A DNA stretch of 64,000 nucleotides from Eledone cirrhosa (GCA_964016885.1 OZ024742.1:205282001-205346000); one strand, 5' to 3'. Shown: positions 51,030-62,240, counted from the first letter of the stretch. Made by a program: numbers and translations. Notes: generated by a model not told the origin, from the letters alone.

Positions 51030-52322
51030 ATGGGTAGAAATAACAAAATTGCCATGGTGATATCCATCGATGAAATATGCGACAAAACCGGCCGATGTCC
51101 CAAGATAGAACATTGCCCAGAAAATCACATCTGCCATATCTGTGCGGAACCCGAAAACTCGTTCCGTAATCGCTGGGTCGAATGTGGAACCTGTCGCATC
51201 TCTGTCTGCCTTCAATGCGCCACAGGCTTCCGGAGGATCCCAGGCCAAAAAAAGAGACATCATAATGCTATGATGGATGGAATATGGGAGATGGTCCAGC
51301 TAAAATCCTGGTCCTTTCAGTGTCTGGCCTGTGTGCCTGCCTCCACGAATGTTATTAATGTTATTGAAAAACAACAACAACAACAAAAACCAATGACTGT
51401 GTCTTCCTCTACCATTGTTACTGAACAACGGCAAAAACCTATGACACTGGCTTCTACTGTTATTCCTGTGGGAGAACATCAGAAACAACAACAACCCATG
51501 TCTTCCACTCCCAGTACATTTCGACACCAACAACTGGTGACTGTGTCTTCCCCTACCATTCCCGTGGAGGAACATCATCATCACCAACAACAACAACAGC
51601 AACAACCTGCGACTGTGTCCTCCCCTGCCATTCCCGTGGAGGAACATCATCATCACCAACAACGACAGCAGCAGCAGCAGCAACAACAACAACAACAACC
51701 GACCAGTACAGATTTTGCGGAACTGCAACTAATGATTTCTGCTCTGAGAAGGGAAGTTGCAGGAATAGAGGCAAGCATTCGGGTAGGACCCCACAATAAG
51801 GGGTCTTATCGGAATGCCTTGCTAAAGAATCTCCCTGTACCTCTTGCTGAAAAGACTGCGGAATCTGCTACCCATGAAGTGATTGCCATTGGGGTACCAG
51901 AGGACAAGGCTGATCTTCAGGCATTTGCTGCCAGCTCAGCCAAAGACCTAGGCTGTGTTCCCCCAAAGGGTGCCCTCCGCCTTGGTCGACCTGGTCCAAA
52001 ACCCAGACTCATCAGGCTGTCTTTCTCGGACCCCGCAGAGGCAACCTCATATCATCTGGCCTCTGCCAAAGCTGGGCGTGAAAATCGGATTACCTTCCGA
52101 ACACGCCCAGGCCTACCACCCCATGTACGTCCAAAACTACGTGCTGCAGCTTCCTTGAATCGGAACTCAGCACAAGATGAAAGTTTCAGTCTGCGTGATG
52201 ATGGGCAGATCTGGAGGTTTGTCAAGGCTGGTGAAACGTGGAAGAGAGATACCAGCTGGTCTGAGTGTGATCTACCCGCAATAACTGGCAATGTAAAAAC
52301 TGCTACAACTCTGGGAAACTAA
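51030..52322 (+). CDS. LINE ORF1 protein (PHD-like zinc finger, Q/H-rich repeats, coiled coil, RRM-like region)
   Basis: First ATG at 51030; CHIC..VECGTC..VCLQC..FQCLAC; TVSSP.IPVEEHHHHQQQ repeats; ELQLMISALRREVAGIE; RLGRPGPKPRLIRLSF. Confidence 0.8.
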   Translation: MGRNNKIAMVISIDEICDKTGRCPKIEHCPENHICHICAEPENSFRNRWVECGTCRISVCLQCATGFRRIPGQKKRHHNAMMDGIWEMVQLKSWSFQCLACVPASTNVINVIEKQQQQQKPMTVSSSTIVTEQRQKPMTLASTVIPVGEHQKQQQPMSSTPSTFRHQQLVTVSSPTIPVEEHHHHQQQQQQQPATVSSPAIPVEEHHHHQQRQQQQQQQQQQQPTSTDFAELQLMISALRREVAGIEASIRVGPHNKGSYRNALLKNLPVPLAEKTAESATHEVIAIGVPEDKADLQAFAASSAKDLGCVPPKGALRLGRPGPKPRLIRLSFSDPAEATSYHLASAKAGRENRITFRTRPGLPPHVRPKLRAAASLNRNSAQDESFSLRDDGQIWRFVKAGETWKRDTSWSECDLPAITGNVKTATTLGN

Positions 52323-52378
52323 ACCAGAACAACCTGCCACCCTCTACACACCATCATAAACTGCGAGCAGGGTACAAA

Positions 52379-55145
52379 TTGTTGTCATTAAATGCTCGCA
52401 GTTTATGCAACAAGATACATCTGTTCGAATCCTACGTCAGAAGCATCGACCCTGACTTCATCACAGTCACGGAAACATGGGCACATTCCTTACTCTGTGA
52501 TGGGGTTTTCACCATTACTGGGTACAACCTTTTCCGCAAGGACCGCATTAACCGCCGTGGTGGTGGTGTGATGGTCTACGTTCGTTCAAACTTTTCGGTA
52601 ATTCCTTGCGTTGATTTGAACGAATCACAGGAAGAAGTTTTTTTTCTGTGACATACGTATGACCATGTCAACACTTCTGCTTGGTGTTGTTTATCGCCCC
52701 CCAAACTACCACCAGGACACACAGCTTTGCGATATCCTCAGAGTTGCTGCCAAGAAAACAGCCACTTATGTGTTTATTGCAGGTGACTTCAATCATCCTG
52801 AGATCGATTGGGAAACCTTTCGTTGGCCACAGGGTGCAAACGATTTCCTTGAACTAGTGCTGGACTCAAACTGGTCACAAGTAGTCACCTCTCCAACAAG
52901 AGGTGACAACACTTTGGACCTGATCTTCACCACTACTCCTGAAGTGGTTATCAGTTGTACTACTGAGGAACCTCTAGGCGACTCTGATCATGCTATGATC
53001 ATTGCCAATCTGGCACTTGAGGGCAGCAACAAAAACCAGGGCCATCTCCAATCTGCTTGCTTTGATTGGAAGAGGGCGGATTGGAACTTGTACTGCACTG
53101 AGCTACAGCGCCCAAACTGGCATGAGATGTATAACTCTGGAGATGTGAACTCTATACTCCAGAGCATCCTGGACTCAATATGGATAGCGTGTGCAGCATC
53201 AGTGCCACGGAAGCGGAAAAATAACCACCCCAAAAGTGCAATCTGGGAAACTTCAGCGGTCCGACTTGCCAGGAAAGAACGTCGGAACGCTGAACGGGAA
53301 TATAAACTGCATAGATCAGATGCCAACAGAAAAAAGCGGAATAAATCTTCTAACCATCTCAAGCAAGTGACAAAGAAGGCAGTGCTTGAATTTGAACAGT
53401 GCATCGCAACCAATCCTGACAGTAAGGTGTTCTGGAAATATGTTCATTCAAAGCAGAGACCTCACTCTCCAGTTGGTCCTCTTCGCAATCCCCACACAAG
53501 CCAGATCACTGACGATCCCAAGGAATGCGCAGAACTCATTGCTGAGTGCTATGCAAGTATTTTTACTGTTGAAAACCAGAATGTACCATCTCCACCATCT
53601 CTAACATCAAATTCCATAACAACTATGGAATTTACACCTGCAATGTTGCGACGTCACCTTAAGAATAAGCGCAACTATGCCTCCCCTGGTCTTGATGGTG
53701 TGACATACCTGCTTCTCAAACGTGGTGGGGATTTCCTTTTGCGCCAGCTTTCTTTTTTCTTTCAATACTGTCTCAGTAATGGTGCTACTCCGGAGCAGTG
53801 GAAAACTGCCAGTGTCATTCCCCTGTTCAAAAAGGGCAACCGCATGTCACCTGTCAACTATCGTCCAGTCAGTCTTACTAGCTGTATGGCCAAACTGATG
53901 GAATCCTGTGTCAGAGAAACACTTTGGAACTTCTGGAGCTCTCACAGCCTCATCCGGCCCTCACAGTTTGGATTTATCCCTAACTCCAGCTGCTGTGATC
54001 AGCTTATCGAGTTCCTTGAGGACATCACCCGGATCACTGACAGCGGCTCATGGGTGGATGTTGTTTACCTTGACTTTGCTAAGGCTTTTAATTCTGTGCC
54101 ACACAAAAGACTTATGGCAAAACTCTCTGCAATGGGTGTGAGGGATGATCTTTTCGACTGGCTGAAATCCTTCATTCTCAGCCGAAAGGAAGTAGTCACG
54201 GTTCTAGGACAGCATTCTTCACCATATGAGATGTCATCTGGTGTACCACAGGGATCTGTTCTTGGTCCTCTTTTGTTTGTGGCATATATTAATGACATAG
54301 ATGCCAACTTACAGAATGCCACGGTACTAAAATATGCAGATGACATCAAGCTGTACCTTGAAATCAAAAGGACTGATCCTGAAATTTACAACTCTTTCCT
54401 ACAATCAGACCTGGACACAATGCAGCAATGGATCACAGACTGGCAACTGAAGCTGGCTGTGGACAAGTGTACCACCATGCATTTTGGAAGGAAAAATCCA
54501 GCGTCCACATACTCCCTCCACAACACTGACATCAAAAAGTCCTCTTGTGAACGTGACCTGGGCATTACTGTCAGCAACGATTTGCGTTGGACAAAGCATG
54601 TCTCTAAGATTGTCAAGAAGGCCGAGGGTGTCTTGGCATCACTCAGCAAGACCTTTGTTAGCCACTCTCCAGCCATCTATTTAAAACTGTATACAGCTAT
54701 GGTGCGACCACACTTGGAATTCGCATCATCAGTCTGGAACCCCTATCTTGCTCGGAACATTGACCTCCTGGAAACTGTTCAGAGACGTGCAACCAAGCGC
54801 ATACCCTCCATCAGACACCTACCATACTCTGAACGCCTTGCTTCCCTGGGCATGGATTCATTGAAGCTCCGACGTCTGGCAATGGACTTGGTGAATACCC
54901 ACAAAGTTTTTAACCATCTCGCCAACTGCAACCCTGAGCGCCTCTTTGATCTCCATGTGTCTAACACACGTGGACATGCCTACAAGATAAGAAAACAGCA
55001 CAGCTCCCATGACTTTCGCAGACATTTTTTCACGCTCAGAGTTGCTGAAGCATGGAACAAACTACCTGCGTCAATTGTTAGCTGCCGAGACACTGCATCC
55101 TTTAAGACACTCATGCTTCCCGAAATACGCCAAAACTACACCTGA
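52379..55145 (+). pseudogene. LINE ORF2 (APE endonuclease plus reverse transcriptase) with one +1 frameshift in a T8 run
   Basis: ORFs 52379-52651 and 52659-55145 fuse as ...EEVFFCDIRMTMS... if the T8 at 52638-52645 is T7. Confidence 0.88.
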
Positions 55146-55430
55146 TGTGCCCCTTCCATACACATGCACACATGTGTGCACTGTTCATTTTACTGATGTT
55201 TGTGCATTGCCCTATGTACTGTACATGCACTTTTTTGATGGGTTGTGGTGCACCTGGGCACTGTGCACAATATTTCATTATTGTTATTGTTATTATATCA
55301 TGACTCATACACTGTTTATTTTCCTGACATTTGTACATTATTCTATGTACTATACATGCACCTTTGATGAGTTGTAGTGCACCTGAGCACTGTACACAAT
55401 AATTTCATTATTATTATTATTTTATATCAA

Positions 55431-55630
55431 ATAATTATTTCTACTTTTGGCACAAGGCCAGCAATTATCCCAGTGCATTACTGGTACTTTATTTTATCGA
55501 CCCCGTAAGGATGAAAGGCAAAGTTAACCTCGGCGGGATTTGAACTCAGATCATAAAAGGAGGTAACTCTTTGCTGCAAAGCATGGCGCCCGACCCTCTA
55601 CCAATACTGCCAATCCACCGCCAATCCACG
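55431..55630 (-). mobile_element. tRNA-derived SINE inserted at the CR1 tail, with an 18-bp target-site duplication
   Basis: TATTTTATATCAAATAAT at 55418-55435 and 55631-55648. Confidence 0.85.
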
Positions 55631-56127
55631 TATTTTATATCAAATAATGGTGGAAGATTAAAAAAAAAGGGGGGGGGGGTTTAAACAGTTGAACATAACT
55701 TTTCTGTTTTATTCTTTATTTCTCAATTGTCCGTCTGACTCCTGGTAGAGCAAGGTAGTGATCTTATGTTTCTTGGGTTGAATTTTCCTTTATCAATTTA
55801 CTTTGTAAAGGTGCATGGCCTAGTAGGTTTGATCTTGGATTTATGATCATAAAGTTTTGGGTTCAACTCTTGGACCTGGTGGCATGTTGTGTAATCTTCA
55901 GCAAGATGCTTCATTTCATGTTGTCTCTTTATGATGAACCTGAGGCCTCTATCATTAAGACACCCAAGAAACCAACATTGAGATACAACCTTGGAGTCCA
56001 ACTAAGCTTGCATAAGCGTGAACTGTAAATTTCATTTGTTTTTCTTTTCATTTCAATTATTTGCATCTTAATTTTGTTGTATCACTTGTTTAACTACTTT
56101 TTTTTTATCCAAACTCTTGTTTTACAG

Positions 56128-56257
56128 CTTTGGTCTGATGCCAGCACAAACCCTACAATTACAAGGTCCCCTAAACCCTAATCAAACTGCATTCACATCT
56201 CTACCACTTAACACAGTTGGGCCAGTTTTGAAAATGGATCCTTTAACTAATTTACAG
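56128..56257 (+). CDS. AP1B1: beta-adaptin coding exon 18
   Basis: FGLMPAQTLQLQGPLNPNQTAFTSLPLNTVGPVLKMDPLTNLQ; ttacag| ... |gtattt; 130 nt. Confidence 0.94.
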
Positions 56258-56632
56258 GTATTTATAACATTTTATAGGTATTTAGTGTTTTAATGGCAGT
56301 GCACTCAGTAGAACATGGGAACATGTGTATGTAAGGTGCAGGCACCAAGCCCATCTGAAAGGTTAGTTGCTGTACTTGAATACTGACTTAATGGTAATGG
56401 AGAAATCTTTATTAATCAAAATCTTTATTAATTTCATAAATAATTAAAACACATGTGCAAATATATTTCAATAAAAATAAAAAGGTTGAATTGATTAATT
56501 GATTAACTTGACTCAACAATTATAGATTAAAATGACAGTTGATTGATTTTTTTTCTTCTAATATTCTCTTCCAATTCATTTTCAGCTGCTTTTAGCATGT
56601 CAGAAATGTATTGTTTTTCTTTTCTTTTTCAG

Positions 56633-56804
56633 GTTGCCATTAAGAATAACATTGATGTCTTTTACTTCAGTTGCATAGTTCCAATGCATGTCTTCTTTGT
56701 TGAAGATGGTGAAATGGACAAAAGAGTATTCTTAGCCACATGGAAAGACATTCCAGCACAGAATGAAGTGCAACATACCATAAATAATGTACAGCTCAAT
56801 GCTG
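56633..56804 (+). CDS. AP1B1: beta-adaptin coding exon 19
   Basis: VAIKNNIDVFYFSCIVPMHVFFVEDGEMDKRVFLATWKDIPAQNEVQHTINNVQLNA; tttcag| ... |gtaagt; 172 nt. Confidence 0.95.
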
Positions 56805-57705
56805 GTAAGTGTTTGTATAATGGTTTCTAATCCTGGCACAATGACAGCAATTTTGAGGAGAAGGAAATGCCTATTATATTGACACCAGTACTTGACTAGT
56901 ACTTTATTTTATCAACCTCAAAATGATGAAAGCCAAGGTTGGCTTTGGTTGGATTTGAACTCGGAATGTAAAGTATTTGTTCTGACCTTCTGCCAACTAT
57001 GTAAGATGTTTAACAACATTATACTGACTAGTGTTGTCTGTATAATGTTGTTGTTAAGCATCAATGGCTGTGCAATATCAATGTGTGTGAACGACAAAAT
57101 GTGGACAAGTTGAGAGTGAAATTGTATAAAAGGAATAAACTGTAATGTGCAGGAGAGAAGACTGCGTTGGTATGGCCATGTGATGTGCATGGAAGATGAC
57201 CGCTGGGTGAAGAAGTGCCAAGAAATCCTCGTGGAAGGAAGACACAGTAGAGGAAAACCATGGAAGACATGGGCGGATGTGGTGAATGACCTCAGATCGC
57301 TGAAGCTCACAGAGCAGATGATGAAGGACCGTGACAAATGGAGAGGTGCTGTGCTGAAGAAGACCTGTCCCACCCTTGCAAGCAAGGAAAAGCAGACATA
57401 AAATGATGATGATTATGATGGAACACAGACAATAGTATTTGTAATATTTAAATTCAAATCTCATAGTAGTCTGTATAATTTCAATTGGGTAATATATATC
57501 AATACATTAGTCAAGGGCTTTTAGGTCATTTCCCCTGCTAGAGAATGGGTTAGCTTTGCATTCCTCATAGGGTCCTTTGTGTGGGAATGTTTTACAGCCA
57601 AGCGCCCTTCCTGGTACCCAGCCTTTTGTTACCTCAACTGACATGTAAATTTAAAAATATATATTTAGAAAAATGCGACTAATCCCCCTCTTGTATATTT
57701 TTCAG

Positions 57706-57860
57706 ACATGGTTTCCCAAAAACTTCGAAACAACAATATCTTCACCATTGCTAAGAGAAATGTAGAAGGACAAGATATGTTGTACCAATCTCTCAAACTG
57801 ACAAATGGTATTTGGGTATTGGCTGAGCTTAAGATACAGCCTGGCAATCCAAACTTCACT
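57706..57860 (+). CDS. AP1B1: beta-adaptin coding exon 20 (appendage platform subdomain)
   Basis: MVSQKLRNNNIFTIAKRNVEGQDMLYQSLKLTNGIWVLAELKIQPGNPNFT; tttcag| ... |gtgagt; 155 nt; ends in phase 0. Confidence 0.95.
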
Positions 57861-58956
57861 GTGAGTAAACACACAAATCTTCACAGGATATTACAACTAT
57901 GCCTGCTTTTTATTCTTTCTTAACATAGATTTCTCTTTTTTTTTTAATTTCACTTGTTTTTCAAACAGATAATATTGGTCTAAAAAGATAATATTGGTCT
58001 AAAAAGACCATAACTGTGCGGTATTAACACACCTAAAACTCAATCATTTTTAGCAATATTTCTTTCAGTATTGGTGTTGCCAAACTCTACTAAATCATTC
58101 ATTAAACATTTTTGATTAAATTAAATTTTAGAAAATATCACACTTTATTTTTCTGTTCAGTTACTGCATGGGCACTAACTAATCTCTTTAACATTATTAA
58201 ATACAAATTAAATTCTAACCTTTTGTTTAATTTAATTAACTAAATTTAATACTTAACTTGAATATTCCTCTAATATTCTAATATTTTATAATTTCACACA
58301 CATACACATATATATTTTATCAAAATCTTTGTGTATGAGCACACATTCACATTTTATAGCAATAAAAGTAGTTACTTCTAATACAAGTTTTGCTGAGTGG
58401 TTGTTCACAACTGTGGATCTTAAATTACAAAAAACTGCCTTTATTGATATAAAATATAATATCCCTCTACTCCAAGTAGAGGGATATTATATGTCAGTAG
58501 ATATACAAACATGTCTTACTACTGCATTGATATATATATATATATTATACACTCACACACATTCAAACACACACACTCACATTGCTATATAATATATATA
58601 TACATATATATTACACACATACACACACATATATATATATACATGTTTTGATAGAATTATAAATTCTTAATAACAAAAGGCTTTCATAATAATTTGACAA
58701 CTATATTCAGTTATTTTTAAATATTCATTTTTTTTCTTGTTTTATCATGGGATCTGTTTTTAAACAAAATTGTAAAACTATTTTAATCATACTTGGAATC
58801 TTAGAAACGTTTTTATTTTACTATCAATTGCAATTGTTCTAATGGTGCAAACACCAACTTCTACTTATTATTATTATTAGCCTATAATATATCACTTTAC
58901 ACATAATATATTATTATTATTTTGTAACAAAATATATTATTATTATTTTGTAACAA

Positions 58957-59146
58957 GGGCGGTGGATTGGCAGTATCAGTAGAGAGTCGGACGCCATGCT
59001 TTCCAGCATAGTTACGTCCCTTTACGATCTGAGTTCAAATCCCGCCGAGGTTCACTTTGCCTTTCATCCTTACGGGGTCGGTAAAATAAAGTACCAGTAA
59101 TGCACTGGATAATTGCTGGCCTTGTGCCTAAAGTAGAAACAATTAT
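58957..59146 (+). mobile_element. young tRNA-derived SINE
   Basis: A-box-like TGGCAGTATCAGT, B-box GAGTTCAAATCC; ATTATTTTGTAACA on both flanks. Confidence 0.85.
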
Positions 59147-59726
59147 TTTGTAACATTTTTCACAGCTTATACCTAATTGCATTTTAAAAAAAATTCATTC
59201 ACTACTTTAATTTTGTTTAACCCATTGGTTACCATATTTCTAATGAAATATTTGTGAAAATAATAAAGAATTTGGAAGGATTTAGTGGTATAACTGACTT
59301 TCTCATTTATCTGGTCTTTAGAATTATGATGGGAAGTTTTTAGACAAATATAAACACTTTAAAACAAACTGTTTTGTATTGTAGAACCAGGGGTGGTTTC
59401 AAATTTTAGGACAGAGAAATGTCCCTCTCAGCAGTTTCCAAATTTGTTGGGTTTGAATAACGTTCTTTGAAGAGACAGATGTATTTATATTCTGTGTTAT
59501 ACTTAAAACATATATATAAATCCAATAATATAATTACTATGGTGGGGTGGTGGTAGTGTGTAATGGGTAGGTGGAGTGTTGGTGGTGGTAGACTCCTCGT
59601 ACATCTGTAGAGTCAGTGACTCTGAATACCAACCTGGTCTGTTGATGTCCTGTCCAACTCTTGCTATAATTCATTCAAAGAAATAAGACTAAAATGCATT
59701 TATATATATATATATGCCTTGAACAA

Positions 59727-59912
59727 ATAATTGTTTCTACTTTTGGCACAAGGCCAGCAATTACCCAGTGCATTACTGGTACTTTATTTTATCGACCCCG
59801 TAAGGATGAAAGGCAAAGTGAACCTCGGCGGGATTTGAACTCAGATCGTAAAGGGACGTAACTATGCTGGAAAGCATAGCGTCCGACTCCCTACCGATAC
59901 TGCCAATCCACT
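59727..59912 (-). mobile_element. young tRNA-derived SINE, inverted relative to 58957-59146
   Basis: TATGCCTTGAACAAATAAT duplicated at about 59713 and 59916; about 6 mismatches versus the + copy over ~185 nt by eye. Confidence 0.85.
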
Positions 59913-62005
59913 AAGTATGCCTTGAACAAATAATACTTAAGTTTTAGCTGAGGAACTTTCCTTTCACTGCTGTTGGATTGTCAATATATTTATAAAAGTG
60001 TGTGAAAAAGATGTAAGCATATCTATATAAAATGTACTTTCAAAGAGAAATACTTGTGTCTAAGTTGCCCCAACAATCCTTATTAACCATTGCTATCATA
60101 AATACAGTGAGCCAGTGACCAGCTCATTGTAAACCCCCAACTAGTAATGTTATTGTTTATAACATGATATGAAATATATATAAACATCAATTTTCTTTCT
60201 GATCTATGATTAACTAAGCTATATTAAGAGTTATTAATAATATCATCACCTTTTTATGTTGGTTTTTCCATGGGTTGGATGAGTCCTTTTCAACACAGCA
60301 TACCTCCACATGTTGCAAACCTTCATCATCTGTAAGGTTCAGCATTTTGGGATTAACTCTCACCACCTTTGCTCAGGTGTTCCTTTACTACAGCTACCTT
60401 CCACTGGGATTTCTTGACACTTCTTTATCCAATGATCATCATCCATACAGTTCATATATCTATACCTGTGTACATTGCATCTGATTCCTCTAACACCTAG
60501 TATTTGTCTCAGCTCAACTGTGTTTTGCTGTTCATACACATTAATATTACACATACATTGAAGCATGCTCACTTCATTTCTCTTCAGCCTTCACATTTTC
60601 TTTGCATTCGTTGCCTATGTCTCACTACCATGCAACTTTGCATGCAGGCATCATACAGCCTTTCATTCTATGCCTTTCAAAGGTATAGAAGTATATATTT
60701 GACAACCAGATATTAACACTAGATGTTACTGTGAATAAACAAAGAAGCACAAATGAGCTGATAGAAAAATTGGGTATAAAAAGAATCAGATGCAGTGTGC
60801 AAGTAAGAAAACTGTACTGGTACTAACATATAATGTATATGTATGATGATTGTTGGGTAAAGAAGTGTTAAAAGTTCCAGATGGAAGGAAGCTATGTAAG
60901 AGGAAGGACGGGGAAGAAGTAGTGAAGGCTGATCTCAAGATGTTGAAACTCACAAAGGAAATGATAAAGGGCCATTAATGGTAAGATACAGGAAAACACC
61001 CATTCAACTTATGAAAATATAGAAAAGAGAATATATGATGATGGTGATAAAACTTTCTAGAAATGTTACCAATGTGTCCATCTGATGCATAAGGTTTACA
61101 TCTAGTTTTTTTTCTTTAAAGAGGATCACATTGGCAGAGTCAGAATGTCAGATAGAATGCTGTACAGTATTTGTTCCAGCTCTCTGGACTCAAATTCCAC
61201 TGTACTAAGGTCAATTTGTCCTCTCTTTCCCACTTGCTCTATATCACTCTTTTCTTTTCTGGAAGAAGTCAGTTGTGTTCAGACCTGGAGGGTAGATAGG
61301 CTCTGCCAGATTTAAAATACCCACAGCATGCCATTAGGTCATGATGGTGTCCCTAAAATTCCATCAGGAGTTACATGCATTTTTTTAAGAGGAAGTGAAA
61401 CGGATGATAGTAAAGTGATAGCTAAAGTAACAATGACAATAATTTGAAGATTCGGAGGTTTAAAGTAGATTATTTGACTGATATTGTGTTATTGTATGTG
61501 CCTGTTGTTGTTCAATCACTGTGAACCCAATCTAACAGATTGCTGAACACAGGCTTTCCAACTGTGACCATCCAGTCTTATTTTTAATAGTAATTCATAT
61601 AAGAACGACCTACTGTTTTTGTAAGCTTCAAGGGTGTGATTTGAAAGTAATTTGACTGCTGTTTCTGTTAGATTGAGCTGAGAAACAGCAGCTGCCACTA
61701 TCTCACTCCACTTTCCTCAACTCCACATGTTAGGTTGAGCAGACATAACTCTGTACCTGATGATTTAGGCCAAAGTGTCAGTCTGCATTCGCCACCATGC
61801 CAGTGCCTTGAAACCTAAGCTAGCACAATACATGTTAAATGTATGAATCATATATATATATATGATTTATATATATGTATAATTTATATATATAGTAAAG
61901 GTAAAACTAAATATACAAAGCTCAAATGCATGTAGAAATTGGATGAAACTTGTGTAAGAATTTCCAAATGATTTAAAAGCTAATTTTTCCATCTATATAT
62001 TTGAT

Positions 62006-62042
<37 letters not shown>

Positions 62043-62043
62043 G

Positions 62044-62239
62044 GGAACCAGTAAGACCCCGACGGCTGAGCTGAAGCCGTTTCGACGGCTAATTCTGGAA
62101 TTAGTCCAGAATTAGCCGTCGAAACGGCTTGAGCTCAGCCGTCGGGGTCTTACTGGTTCCTATTACCCACTCTACTACCCCAAGTATTGAGTACTTTGGT
62201 GCGTTATGGTCCACCTGGTTCCTTACCACATTTCCTTCG

Positions 62240-62240
<1 letters not shown>
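62044..62240 (+). mobile_element. fold-back (inverted) Penelope-like terminal fragment carrying half of a hammerhead, inside (TA)n
   Basis: 56-bp arms at 62044-62099 and 62105-62160 with one mismatch and loop ATTAG. The right arm holds GTC-GAAA-CGGCT-tgagctc-AGCCG-TC-GGGGTC; an 80-nt unpaired tail follows. The hairpin is certain; PLE origin is inferred. Confidence 0.6.

Larger units (their letters stand above)
50711..55421 (+). mobile_element. Near-intact two-ORF CR1/L2-group LINE in intron 17
   Basis: ORF1, then ORF2 with APE (LNARSL, VTETW, YRPP, GDFN, LDLIF, SDH) and RT (YLDFAKAFN, GVPQGSVLGP, YADD) and a CR1-type C-terminus (TRGH..K...RRHFF..RV...WN.LP). Duplicated 3'UTR with (ATT)n tail. 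5' edge approximate, after (TA)n. Confidence 0.93.
12634..57860 (+). other. AP1B1: AP-1/AP-2 adaptor complex beta subunit (beta-adaptin) gene span: 20 coding exons in the window, 3' end incomplete
   Basis: Spliced translation [23 protein letters not shown]...GIWVLAELKIQPGNPNFT, 906 aa. Adaptin N-terminal trunk, hinge with LLDMD clathrin box, appendage. Invertebrates generally have one beta shared by AP-1 and AP-2, so AP1B1 versus AP2B1 is nominal. Confidence 0.97.

Noticed and set aside
21874-54967. Many 60-210-aa ORFs antisense to or overlapping the LINE ORFs
   Set aside because: Shadow frames of RT/endonuclease coding sequence with no independent motifs.
57960-58180. AG acceptors shortly after exon 20 as the terminal coding exon
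   Set aside because: Phase-0 translations (IILV*, YWCCQTLL..., LLHGH*) do not resemble the conserved LSLK.R...Y..IL C-terminus.
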